From the NCBI GenBank assembly GCA_949358305.1, contig OX442314.1, positions 3,348,001 through 3,412,000 on the forward strand: a DNA stretch of 64,000 nt, written 5' to 3'. Position numbers and translations under genes: made by a program. Position 1 is the first letter of the stretch; each line of letters opens with the position of its first letter. The notes below the pieces were generated by a model. That model had not been told where the DNA came from. It did not search any database and worked only from the letters and a program-made list of their open reading frames with translations. Shown here in pieces: positions 1 to 11,679 of this stretch. The stretch is from Strigamia acuminata (taxonomy: Eukaryota).

Positions 1-2182
1 ATTCATCCCATTGTTTGGATACAAATTCCCCTCCATTGTCAGTTTTGATCGACTTGACTTTCCTAGAAGTCGTTCTTTCAATTTCGGTTAACCACTTCTT
101 AAAATGGCCCAAAACTTCGCTCTTTTTCTTCATAATCACGATCCACATCAATCGTGAGAAGTCATCGACCATGACCAAATAGTAGTACGCCCCACCTATG
201 CTCTTAACTGGTGAAGGGCCCCACACGTCTAAATGGACAATTTCTAAAATCCCTTTGGTCGAAATGTTCGCAATGGGGAGGAAACTGGCACGTGTGCTTT
301 TCGCCCTCGAACAAGCATCACAACTCGACAATTCCGTGTTGGACAACTTCAAACCAAACACTTCAGTAGATTTGTTTAACAATGCAATTCCCTTTGCATT
401 GAGGTGTCCCATACGAGAGTGCCAGATGTCCATCGTTTGGGGTTTATCTGGTTTAATCGAAGCATTCTTTCCATTTACAACCCCATTTCTATTTGTTAAA
501 TTGTTTTGCACAATTGTTTTCAAAATTTTCGCATCCTTGGGCTTATCGCCCTTGCTGGCTACTAAGCTAGACTGTGTGTCGGTCAAAACACTCGATTGTT
601 GATTCGAAATTTTCATACTCGCATTGTTCGCAACGATCGCTGACGCATTATTCGCAGTTTTCGCTTGCCCCTTATTCGCAGGTACAGGTTTCCCTGATTT
701 ACTCAAATTCTGGGTTAATGCGGTTCTAAAATCAACGTGTGTTAGTAAAGATTTCACAATTTCTTCACCCGCTAAAGGTGGAGTCGGTGCCACTGTTGCA
801 CTCTGTTGCGCAGACAGTGCAACTGTGTTTACAGAATTCTTTGCATTAATGCGACAATTGACTTTGTACATCCTATCACTCGTACGTATCGCAGTGATAG
901 AAGGATCATCAATTGTCACATCATAAATAAACATTTTACCATTCTTCACAATGGTTGTCGCCCCAGCTTCATCCGTACGACCTAAAGAAATCAAATTCTT
1001 TTTGAAGTTGGGTGCGTAATAAACGTTTTTCAACGTTAGTTCACGTGTTTGTTGTCCATTAATCGAAACTAAAGTCACATTTCCAATGCCTTCGATTTTT
1101 GACTTTCCGTCTCCTTGTTGAACAGAATAACCAGTCAATGGTTTAAAGTCCGAAAACCAGGTTTTGTTGAACGAAAAGTGGTCCGTCGCACCTGTGTCGA
1201 CGTACCATTGCGAATCGTAGTTCGCATGCGACAATAAAGACACTACAACAGGGGGTTGTTCTTGGCAAATCGCTGCGGAGAAATAAGACACCGGGGAATT
1301 GCTAAAAATGTCCATTTGCGTGACGTTGGCCGTCTGCTGGCTCTTCCCACGACTCTTCCCTCGTTGACTGCCCCTGCTGAACTGTCCTGTCGGGTTTCCT
1401 CTCGTAGCACCTTGTTGCTGTTTTGGTGGGGACGAGCATTCCCGGGCGAAGTGATTAGTTCCGCCACAGTTGTAACAGACGCGTGGAAAACTGGGGGCAT
1501 TTCCCCCCCGGCCACGTTGCCATCTGCCTTTGGTGAAATAGGCACCCGTATTCTCAATTGTGCCCAATGATACACCAAATTCATCCGTTTGCTCGTAGAG
1601 GCGATTATATTCGCCTAATAAACGTTCTTTGACGGCCTTCGAGGTAAATTCCGGGTCTCCCCAGTGGTAGACCGTCTGCTTGACCGTTTCGTATTGACGT
1701 GGCAGCAGATCCAGGTACTGGAAGGCCAGGAATTCGTCGGAAATGTCTATTTTGACGTCTTTCAATTCCAGCACCTTCCTGTCGACTCTGGCTAGGAAAA
1801 CCATCATTTCCTCTTGCTCATGGAGTTTCAACATGAGAAATTCGCGACGAAGTCGGGCTTTGCGTGCCCTGGTAGTGGGCTGGTAAGCAGCTTTGAGCGC
1901 TTCCCAAACCTCTTTGGCCCCTTCGTGTGCCACAGCCACTACCTGTTGGGCTTTTCCACAAGCCAGACAAATGGTGGAGCGCGCTTTCTCCTCGCGCTTG
2001 TCAAACTCCCTGATTTCTTTCGCAGAAGCCGTGGCTGGCAAGGGCTTCTCCTTGCCAGTCACGTGGCCCCAAACTCCATATGATTGCAAAAGGAGTTGGA
2101 TTTGAACACTCCACGTCGAATAGTTTGTTCCATTCAGTTTTTCGACATCTTTATAGTCGTCTCGGCGATCCCAACTTGCCAT
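1..2182 (-). CDS. Copia gag-pol polyprotein, partial (runs off window start, so absent from the ORF track)
   Basis: Manual translation: MASWDRRDDYKDVEKLNGTNYSTWSVQIQLLL (copia gag N-term), CYNCGGTNHFAREC zinc knuckle, WYVDTGATDH protease, IWHSRMGHLN GAG-pre-integrase, VHLDVWGP...VMVDDFSR...KTDNGGEF integrase. Confidence 0.9.
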   Translation of the reverse strand, partial: MASWDRRDDYKDVEKLNGTNYSTWSVQIQLLLQSYGVWGHVTGKEKPLPATASAKEIREFDKREEKARSTICLACGKAQQVVAVAHEGAKEVWEALKAAYQPTTRARKARLRREFLMLKLHEQEEMMVFLARVDRKVLELKDVKIDISDEFLAFQYLDLLPRQYETVKQTVYHWGDPEFTSKAVKERLLGEYNRLYEQTDEFGVSLGTIENTGAYFTKGRWQRGRGGNAPSFPRVCYNCGGTNHFARECSSPPKQQQGATRGNPTGQFSRGSQRGKSRGKSQQTANVTQMDIFSNSPVSYFSAAICQEQPPVVVSLLSHANYDSQWYVDTGATDHFSFNKTWFSDFKPLTGYSVQQGDGKSKIEGIGNVTLVSINGQQTRELTLKNVYYAPNFKKNLISLGRTDEAGATTIVKNGKMFIYDVTIDDPSITAIRTSDRMYKVNCRINAKNSVNTVALSAQQSATVAPTPPLAGEEIVKSLLTHVDFRTALTQNLSKSGKPVPANKGQAKTANNASAIVANNASMKISNQQSSVLTDTQSSLVASKGDKPKDAKILKTIVQNNLTNRNGVVNGKNASIKPDKPQTMDIWHSRMGHLNAKGIALLNKSTEVFGLKLSNTELSSCDACSRAKSTRASFLPIANISTKGILEIVHLDVWGPSPVKSIGGAYYYLVMVDDFSRLMWIVIMKKKSEVLGHFKKWLTEIERTTSRKVKSIKTDNGGEFVSKQWDE

Positions 2183-2423
2183 GTTGAGAAAATTCGATGA
2201 TAAACCGATGCACAATTCACAAATTCACAAATTCCCGTAGGAAAAACACAAATATTCACAATACACGTGAATATGTCGCACGGAGAAGCAATTTGCCCCC
2301 AAAAATTGAAGGCGAAATAATTTTACACTTCCCAAGGGGCACCTCAATAAGTGAGATGAAAAACCCAAATCTGGTCGCCCTACTAGCTTCCGACCGGCCC
2401 ACCTGGGGGACGCGGGATGACTA

Positions 2424-4509
2424 CAGTCTGTGCACGGTATCTTGAAGCTAAATCTTAACTGCGCATGGCCTAGTGCGCAGCATTGTATCAGTCCGCCAGA
2501 GGTACTTTTTTTTAAGCTGAAATGAAGTTTCAATTGTTACAGAGTATGAGGCTTAAGCGCGAGTCAAGTAGAACATGGATTTATTAAATTTTTAGGCAGT
2601 TAAATTAAAAGTAAGTGAATATAAATAATGAAGAATAATAAACAAGTATTGCAAATATAAATTCTAATTTAAATAGGCATCAGATGATCAAACACTGTCA
2701 TCACCATGGTCCAGCATTGCATTTTCATCCTCCTCACTTTCGGTATTTGAATCAGAATCACTATTTACAGGGATTATTAATGGTTGTATCTAAAATTAAA
2801 TGTATTAGGATTTAACAATAAATATTATAACATCATTTAATTTACTTCTTGGTTTTCTGTTAATCCTTCCAATTGCCACATCTTAATTTCCTCTTTATGA
2901 ACATGTTTAATGTGATTCTTCCAATTTTCAGGTGTTACATTGTCCACTGCTTCAAGAAATAATTTTTTCACGTCTGGCAATTTGAATGTTGTGTTTTTTC
3001 TGGCAACATCATTTTTTATTTGTCCCCATACTGTTTCTATCGGGTTTAGCATGCAGTGGTATGGTGGTAAACGTAACACAACATGTCCTTGTGCCTGTGC
3101 CATTTCATCAACTTTGTATCGCAAAAATCGATGTTTATGTTTTTGAACACAATGCAGGAGTTCCGGTTTGGTCATATTGTATGAGAAGTTTATTCTTTTT
3201 TCTGTCAGCCATTTTTGTATTTCAGCTTTTCGCCATTTTGTTGCTGGAATCTGTTCAACTCTGACTGTATGGTATGGCGCATTATCGATGACAACAACAC
3301 TGTTTGGCTGAATGAGAGTCAATAATTGAGAAAACCAATTTTCGTACACATCTCCATTCATATCCTGGTGATAATCCCCATCGTTTTTACTTTCAAACAG
3401 CAGCAGTGCTCCATTTACAAATCCATTTTCATTACCACAATGGGTGATAATTAATCTCTTGCCTTTTCCTGATGGATTTTTTAATCCAGTTGTCAAGCAT
3501 GTTGTTTTTGCCTGAGCAGCTGTTTCAATAGTGCTGTCAGTCCAAGTGTGAGAAACAACATGACCAGCGTTAACCCAAGTCTCGTCGGTGTAATAAATAT
3601 TACGATTTTGTTGACGATATTTACGAATTTTTCGTAAATATCGACAACGAAGCAAAATTATTTCTTGTGATTCGATTAACATTGCTCTTCTTCCCCGGCG
3701 TTTATATTTGAAACCCATTTTTTGAGTTAAAATGCATCTTAGAGAAGTTGATGCAATCTTTGGAAATGATCCATCTTCTTCTAATTTTGCTTTTATCTAC
3801 AGTGAGCATGTAAATTAATTATTGTAAACATTGGAGTTTTAATTTTTGAATTTATATCTTACTTTTTTAAGAGTTGGTGGAATTCCTATTGCAAAAAAAG
3901 ATGAATGGATAATTCTTCGAATTGATGCCAAGTGAAAATCATCAAAATTATGAAAACGAGATGCACGATTTAGCCTTTTTTTACCAGGTGACGTTAATGT
4001 TGGTGCTTCACATGATATTTCTGCATTAATCCACTCATTACGAATCCTCTCCACTGTCGATTTTCCAATTCCAGAAAATTCTGAGGTCAAAGCTACACAT
4101 TTTTTTATACCACCGAATCCATTTTCTCTAAATTTTGAATAAATATTTAAAATAATTTGTCTTGTGCCTGAATGTAACGTTTTATTTTGTTTCCGAAAAT
4201 ATTTTACTGGCGACTCGTCAGGATCGTACAGGAATTCGGCCATCTTTGAATGAAAATTGAGAAAAAACTAAAAACTTTGATTTTATCAAGAAATACATAA
4301 TATTTTATTTCATTTTACATTTTCTGTTTATTAAAACATAAAATAAGAAGAAAAAAATGTCTGTATGTTCAATTTTGTCCAAATTTTGCGTACGAATAGT
4401 GAACTATTTTTTAATGCAGCTGACGATTGTAGTTGTGTGATGCGTGATGTGGATGCGCGGCGCACAATGCGCAGTTCAAATTTAGCATCAAGATACCGTG
4501 CACCGACTA
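2424..4509 (-). mobile_element. IS630-Tc1-mariner DNA transposon, DD82E (Sailor-type)
   Basis: Imperfect ~43-bp TIRs (CAGTCTGTGCACGGTATCTTGAAGCTAAAT... / ...ATTTAGCATCAAGATACCGTGCACCGACTA), TA on both sides (2422-2423, 4510-4511), internal transposase. Confidence 0.9.
2688..4243 (-). CDS. DD82E transposase, 3 exons (4243-3863, 3796-2846, 2789-2688), ~477 aa
   Basis: Motifs YTDETW, VIDNAPYH, LPPYHCMLNPIE; 82 residues counted between the second D and E; two phase-0 GT-AG introns join the track ORFs 3839-4243 and 2837-3718 in frame. Confidence 0.85.
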
Positions 4510-6343
4510 TAGTTGGCCACGGACAAGCCCAGACTGGAATGAGACTGTACTGGGGCGACTGCCCGAAGGGTACAGAATATTCTAAGTGACCCAACACAAA
4601 AACCTTAAGAAATAACAAAGTTTCACGAGAAAAATTCGAAAAATACAGTTTCTGATGTGAAGTTGGCCAGTTACGGGTTTCACGCGTCGTAACTGGTTCC
4701 CACGTTGGATTAAACGTCGGCTTCACGTTGTCTTCGCACGGAATCGGCTGACGTGCAATCCGCGTACACACATCCGTGTAAGCGCGGAGAAAATCGTCGT
4801 AGCGCCCGTCTGCGCCTTCGTACTCGCTTTCCTGGTGCGAGATACGGAAACAATTGCCCACACACACGCTTATCGTGTGCAGGACTTCTCGGTGAATCAA
4901 ATCGTCGTTTTTCCGTCTATTTTTGACGAAAAATGGCCGCCGTAACAAAATCGTCGATTCACGGTAATTTCTCGAAAAAATGACGGTTTTGGGACGTTTC
5001 TTTGCTCCAAAGTACCGTCCTGTCGACGTATTCCGTTGTAGAATCGTCGGGCGTGCGTGTGCCGGTCCGTACACACGCGTGGATACACTAACTTCGTCGT
5101 ATTCTACAGCGAAGCTCAACAAAAAAGGCGCCGCCCGAGAAAACTCGGTTATATCGGCAAAAATACAGTTTAAATCGTTCGAAATAAATGTTCCTTACAC
5201 CGTTGGAATCCTATTCCTTTGTAGAATGGTCCGCACACGTAATCCAGACGTTTGCCGCACCGAAAATTCGTTTTCACGACGAATTGGGCGGGCGCGCACT
5301 TCGCGACTTCTCGTAGTCGGAAAAATGTCCGTTTCTCTTCAATTCTTCTAAAATTGGCCGGCGCTGGTCGTCGCCGATCCTCTGCTACCATTTGAAGAGC
5401 GTATTTGGACCTGTAGCATGCGGAAATAACTTGCAAACCGATTATAAAGTGCGGTTAACTCGCAACACGCGACCGCCATCTTTATTCACCATGAAAGCAT
5501 AAAAACAAGTGATCTGGGTTGAGGCTATATGATCTCAACTCAGGTTACAGAGTAACAACGAGAACAAATCTATTAGTATAACCAAATAGATTTATTCTTT
5601 ACAATAATACAACGTAAAGACTAAAGTAATGGATAAATAATACCAAACATAACTAAAGGATCGTCGCTTAACAAGCAGACGACGGGACGCGCGTTATCAC
5701 ATCGACACAGCCAGTTGGAGTACGAAACAAGCGTAGTTTAAAAAGCAGAATCAACTGGCTGACCATTCGTAACAATATATGAAGTAACGCGCCTATTGTG
5801 CCTATTCGGAACTGCACAACAAATATGATTATCGCAAATAATTCATCGCAAACCAACAATTCTCTCGTCTTGTGTCGATTCCGCAAATTGTTCATTAAAT
5901 TCCAGGTCGTTCCCGTGAAAATCCTTTTCCTCCGCTCGTATTATCCTGGATTCCCGTTCACACTTCGCGTGTGGTTGATGGGAATTTGCGCCGTCGTATA
6001 ATCCACGTCGAGACGTTTTTTTTTAACCCAAAAATAACGACACGTCGTCGTTACGTATCGGCGCTTTCCACTCCCGAAATAAATTCCCGAAAACAGGAAT
6101 AAACAAAAGAAAGAATTAATAATTGTATATAGTTCGAACCAATTATTGTTCCTGTGCTCCGTGGCGTCTAGTTGTCGCCTCCAAAGTCGTGGAATCCAGG
6201 CACAAACACAAATTGATGACATCCATCATGGGCGCCGCCATTTTGGATGAAAATGAGGAAATTTTCCCTGCTGGCCTCAAATGACTCAAACTGCTCCAAA
6301 ATCACACTGGACACTTTCCCTGCTTTATGTAGGCCCATAACCT

Positions 6344-6648
6344 TGTTGAAATTGCTTGTATACTTGTGTTAATTGCATAGTTCTGCAGCAATGGTGTGGA
6401 AAATGTCCAAAGTAAAAACACAGGTGTTTACAGGTATGAAATCAAACATAGAGTGAGTTTTATTTCTCAAGTCACATGACATGCCCATAGGTATTCAACG
6501 CCACCTTATGGGAATAAAAGCAAACACACTTGTAAATAGAGCAGCGGCTATTTGTTTAGCCAAATGCAAAAGATAACAAAAGGTCACGATAAATATACAA
6601 AGTGTCACAGCTTGACAATACGATACATCAGCACACAATATCTCAACA
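6344..6648 (-). repeat. 5' LTR of Copia-1 (305 bp)
   Basis: TGTTGA/TCAACA inverted termini; adjacent PBS; Gypsy pol sequence begins abruptly at 6649. Confidence 0.8.
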
Positions 6649-9623
6649 GGAAGTACCGGAAGGCCTGATCGAAGTGAAGAACGAGCGGGCAACGATGCCG
6701 ATAATCAACAACGGACCAGAAGAAGTACGAGTCACACGAGGTCGAAAGCTTGGGCATGTTGAAATCACCGAAGAAGAACCGTCGTTGCACCAGGTACAAG
6801 TCAAGAAAGTCGCGACGATCGAGGCAAGTTCGAGGATGCGAATAACGGCCGACGAAATTAATTTGGGCAAGTCAGTGACGCCGGAAGAAAAGGAGATCGT
6901 ACTGACGATGATTAACGACGAATTTCGAGACTGTTTCGCAACGAATTTGGAGGAGGTCGGATGTTTTCCAGATCTCAAGATGGATATCGAAGTTACGACG
7001 ACGAGGCCAACGAATTTGCGGCGATACCAGTATTCAGCAGCGCAGCAAAAAGAGATTGACAAGATGGTCGCCGAGTTGGAAGGAGCAGGATTCGTGACGC
7101 GATCAAAGAGTCCATTCAACAGTCCGATCGTGATGGTGCGCAAGAAAACCGGCGAATGGAGAATTTGTATTGATTTCAGATCGCTCAACGAAATAACGGT
7201 GAAGGAACACTTTCCGTGCCCCAGGATGGATGAGTTACTCGACGGGACGCACGAATGGAGAGTCTTCCTAGTGTTCGATTTGGCGTCGGGTTACTACCAG
7301 ATCGAATTGACGGCCGGAGCGCAAGAGAAGACAGCATTTTCAACAATGAACGGCAAATATCAGTTTGTGCGGATGCCGTTTGGGTTGATAAACGCGCCGT
7401 TTGTTTTCAATCGAGTGATGGAGTTGGCGTTCGGACATTTGCCATACGAAGTACTGCGCAGATATATGGACGATCTTCTATCGGGTGCGAAAACGAACGC
7501 GGAGTTAATCGAGAAGATGCGGAAGATCTTAATCGAGGTGAGAAGATCGAAGCTTACATTGAAGTTGAGCAAATGCCACTTTCTCTGCGAGGAAGTACAG
7601 TTTCTCGGGTTACGACTGACGAAGGACGGCCTACGACCGGGATTCGAGAAAACAAGCGCGATCAAGAATTTTGCGAAGCCAAAAGATGTACGAGGCATAA
7701 GGAGTTTTTTGGGATTATGTGGGTATTTTCGACGATTCATCGCAGGATATGCGACAAAAACGAGAGCGCTGACGAAATTGACTCGAAAGAACGAAACGTT
7801 TGCATGGACAACTGAGTGTGAAGCGGCGTTTCAGGGGTTGATTGGAGAATTGATTGCGGAGCCAGTGTTGAAGATCTACGATAACACACGACCGTGCGAG
7901 GTGCATACGGACGCATCACAAGACGGGATCGGGGCAGTATTGATGCAGCGAGGCGAAGGAAACGATCTGCATCCGATTATCTACGCGAGTAGAACAACGA
8001 CCGAATGCGAGAAGCGATACCATTCAACGGAGCTCGAGTTAATGGCGGTGGTTTGGGCAGTGTTAAAGTTTCGGATGTACTTATACGGCGCAGAATTCAC
8101 GGTGGTGACAGATTGCGAAGCAGTACGATACGGACTGAAGAAACGTGAGTTAACGCCGCGAATCGGGAGATGGGTGTTGGCGCTTTCGGAATATAATTTC
8201 AAAGCAATACATCGACCAGGATTACTCATGGGCCACGTCGACGCCCTGAGTAGGAACGCGGAACCAGCAAGCGACGAGGAAACGGAGATGGAACGACGGT
8301 TCAAAGTTAACCAAATTAAATTTACAGAAGGCGACTGGCTCGTGGCTGCGCAGGAAAGCGATCCCGAGTGTAAAGAGTTGAAGGACGCGTTGTTGGTAGA
8401 AGATAAAAGTTTATTGGACGAACGAATGCAGCACAAGAGTCGGGGATACAAAATCAAGAAGGGACACGTTTATTTCGAGTTAACGGCAAACGGACGGCGA
8501 AAAGATGTGTTGTATTTGCCCAAAATGATGCGGAGACAGATCACGAACGAAGTACATATTGGACACGCGCATCCGGGAGTCGACGCAACGATTGAGGCGA
8601 TTCGGAAGAGGTTTTGGTTCCCCAGGATGCGAAGTTACGTGAAAGCAACCGTAGGAGCGTGTATCGAGTGTTTGATGAGGAAGGAACCAGGAGGAAAACG
8701 AGCCGGCGAGTTGAATATCATCGAGAGGCAAAGGGTGCCGTTCCACACGGTCCACCTGGATCATGTGGGCCCCTTTCCAAAGAGCGGCATTGGGTACCGA
8801 CACATTTTGGTGGCAGTATGCAATTTTTCGAAATTGGTTTTTCTAATGCCGGTAAAATCAACGAACGCAACGACTACGTGCAGAGAGATTCGGAAGTTAT
8901 GCGCACGAATGTGGATCCCGACGCGGATTATTACAGATCGAGGAACTGCGTTTACCAACGCGTTGTTTGCAGAAATGTGCAAAGAATTCAAGATTCGACA
9001 CGTGCTGACTTCGACGGAAAATCCGAGAGCAAACGGGCAAGTGGAAAGAATGAACCGAACGATAGTCCCGATGTTGGCGAGCCAAACGACGAAGGACGAT
9101 GGGAGCGATTGGAGCAGAGGGATTGACAAGGTCGAAATCGCGATCAACTCAAGAGTCAACCAATCGACCAAGAAAACACCATTGGAGGTATTGTACGGGT
9201 TCCAGCCGAGAACGATCATCGAGCCAAGATTAGCAGCGATAGTAGTTGAGGAAAACGACGAAGACGAGACGGAAATCGAAGACGTAAGAAACGAAGCGTA
9301 CGAAACACTGACGGAAAACCAGATCAAGCAAAAAAAGGCGTTCGATAGACATCGAGGACCAAACCGGACATACGAAGTCGGGGATATGGTCGTCGTACGA
9401 AGGAAAGCGATCGCAATACAAGGAAAAGCGAGAAAACTCAGTAATCTGTACCGAGGACCATTGCGAGTAAGTCGGCGGATTTCGAGCACAGTGTACGAGA
9501 TTACAAGTCTCGAGAACCCGCCTCGATACAAAACGACCGCACCAATCGACCAGATGAAGAAGTGGACATTCGAGGACGACGCGACATCAGGAGCCGAAGA
9601 CGAATTAACAAGTGTCGGCGCCG
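6649..9623 (+). mobile_element. Ty3/Gypsy pol fragment (RT-RNase H-integrase), same family as 19236-24725; 5' side cut by Copia-1, 3' end lacks PPT/LTR
   Basis: ORF 6602-9721: WRICIDFRSLN, YMDD, VHTDASQDG, HHCC, VHLDHVGP, ITDRGTAF, NGQVER; near-identical protein to the 1582-aa ORF from EVPEGLIEV onward; similarity ends at ~9620. Confidence 0.92.
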
Positions 9624-9962
9624 AAAACATCAAAATTCGTATCGGGCGAACATTTTTGGCATCTATTAAAAAACACGGGTTCCGCCAGGTGGCGCTCCGG
9701 TATGCTTACAGTTTGTCGTAAATCAGAGTTTTCATACTTCGTACTTCCAGTCCACAGCGCTGAAAAATGAGTCTTTTTTTTCTTTTCTTTTATAATGTGT
9801 GGAATGACCTGTTCTAGGGGGTACGAAACCCAAATTTTAATTTTTTGTTATATTGAATTGATTTTTGGAAAAAACACCCAAAATTAGACGAACCGGAAGT
9901 TGAAACACACACACACACACACACAAACATTCAAGGTAAGTTAAATAAAAGCCTTTAAAAAA
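9624..9962 (+). mobile_element. Possible non-autonomous Helentron/HINE-like interspersed repeat fragment
   Basis: Starts where Gypsy homology stops; (CA)n microsatellite at ~9905-9925 followed by AAGTTAAATAAAAGCC then an A-run, resembling arthropod HINE-type ends. Resemblance only. Confidence 0.3.
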
Positions 9963-10258
9963 CGGTAGTTTTTCTTGTTTGCTTGCATAATTATGCAAAT
10001 TTGAATACATTTATTGAAGAAATTCAGTACTTTTGCAGTAGAAATTTAATTTTTGCCACAATGGCTGGCTTTATTTCAGCAGATTTGTTTTCATTTTAAG
10101 ACAAAAACATTTAACAATGCTAGCTGTGAAATGTAATCTCGGCGGAATGAAGTGAGCGGAGCAAACAAATGAACGCCGAGCTTCGTTCATTCGATGTAAT
10201 CGAGGAATAACAGGAGATGGCGCTACCATCTGGGTCACGTCAGTATTTAAAGCTAAGC

Positions 10259-11368
10259 CTAAAATGGGAGGAAAAACTCAAGAAAAAACAAGTGAAGATT
10301 AGGAGTTGTCGTTCCCCAACTGGAGGAGTACTTCAAAGGCAAGATTGTTTCCAAACTAGTCTGGAGAAGTGGTGTAAAAGGTGCACCTTGCTGCCCTGAT
10401 TTCTGAAAACGCTGATCACTGTTGCGCTGTCCAAGTGGAAGAGAACATGTTTCTTTCCCCCAAAGGGGGCAAATGATTGCCATGCAAACCACAAGACAAT
10501 CAATTCTTTCACATTTATGTGGAGCTCTTGTTCTTCTAAAGACCATTGTACATTGGCATGAGATCCTTCCCAACTGGCGCCCCAACCCAAATTGGAGGCG
10601 TCAGTAAAGACCTCTGTATCGGGGTCTTGCGAGAGGAGGGATTTGGGTTCAAATATCTTGGTTTCCAACCAAAATTCTATTTCAGTCTTAATGTCTGGGT
10701 AAATGGGGATAATCGAATCATAATTATGATTATTCAAGAAAAGCTGGCCTGTTTTGAAGGTCTCGAGAGGTTTAATATACCAAAACCCCGTGGCGAAGGC
10801 CAGGTTCTGCCGAGACTAAATTCCCTATAAAAATGGCCAAATCCCTAATCTTAGTAGAAGTTAGTTTTGCAAACTTCTTGGCTAAAGTCATGATTTTCTC
10901 TTTTTTACTGGTTGGAAAGGCTACTTCCATCTTGACCGAGTCTAAAAGGAGCCCCAAGAACTCTATTCTAGTAGTGAGGGTGAATTCTGATTTTTCCCAG
11001 TTGATGGCCAATCCCAAACTTTGGAAAAAATTTATAACATCGGAACAGTCCGCCCGAGCTTAGTTGTAAGAGTTACACAAGAAGATGCCATCGTCTAGGT
11101 AAGGCACTCCTCCTATACCGCAAAAGCGCAGGTGTGCATATACCGGGCACATAACTTTGGTGAAAATTCTCGGTGCGCTGGCCAAGCCCAGTGGAAGAGC
11201 CTGGTATTCATAAATTTGGCCCTGCCAAATGAAGCGCACGAGTTTCTTAAAGGCGAGATGGATTGCGAGGAAGTAGAAGGCATTTTTTAAATCTATTTTG
11301 AACATATACAGGTTGGGTTTCAAAAGAGAGATGGCGTCACAAAATGTTACTAATGTAGAAATGTGCAA
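10259..11368 (-). pseudogene. Degenerate DIRS-type (tyrosine-recombinase retrotransposon) RT/RNase H fragment
   Basis: KIDLKNAFY...LPLGLASAPRIFTK...YLDD; GLAINWEKS...IEFLGLLLDS; FTDASNLGWGA...WSLEEQELHINVKEL (DIRS1 RNase H style); split over 4 short ORFs by stops and frameshifts. Confidence 0.8.
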
Positions 11369-11679
11369 AAAATTCTTTCACAAATCATGTGGCAACACCT
11401 TTGAACCAGACGGGCAGGTTTCATCAGTGCTTAAAATAAAACAGCAAGGCTAGCGTCAAAATACAAATGCATTTTGCTGCGAATGCAACTCAGATTTGTA
11501 TTTGGAAATAATAAAAGGTACTTTGGAAACTGGATGTGACTGGATTTAAATGTTTTATGATAAAGGCAAACAATTTATTCCTAACATTCTTTCCGAATAC
11601 AAATTGACAGAAGAAATAAAAAAGAATCGAATCAATAATAAAGATTTTTTTTGTGGTTTTGTTGTAATTTTAACATTAA

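Larger units (their letters stand above)
1..6648 (-). mobile_element. Ty1/copia LTR retrotransposon (Copia-1), 5' part; 3' end lies left of the window; interrupted by a DD82E transposon
   Basis: 5' LTR 6344-6648 (TGTTGA...TCAACA), copia-type PBS GGTTATGGGCC on minus at ~6332-6342, gag-pol from ATG at 2182 with PR-INT order. Linking LTR and ORF into one element is inferred from continuity after removing 2424-4509. Confidence 0.75.

Noticed and set aside
4331..5122. 263-aa ORF upstream of the transposase
   Set aside because: It crosses the Sailor TIR/Copia leader junction, so it is chimeric and has no recognisable domain.
6602..6648. N-terminus (and the C-terminal tail 9624-9721) of the 1039-aa ORF as real protein
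   Set aside because: These are read-through into the Copia-1 LTR and an unrelated repeat; only 6649-9623 is Gypsy pol.
6643..9633. Long antisense ORFs (e.g. 290 aa, 181 aa) conserved in both Gypsy copies
   Set aside because: They are codon-aligned shadows of pol; their conservation is explained by the high identity of the copies and no motifs are seen.
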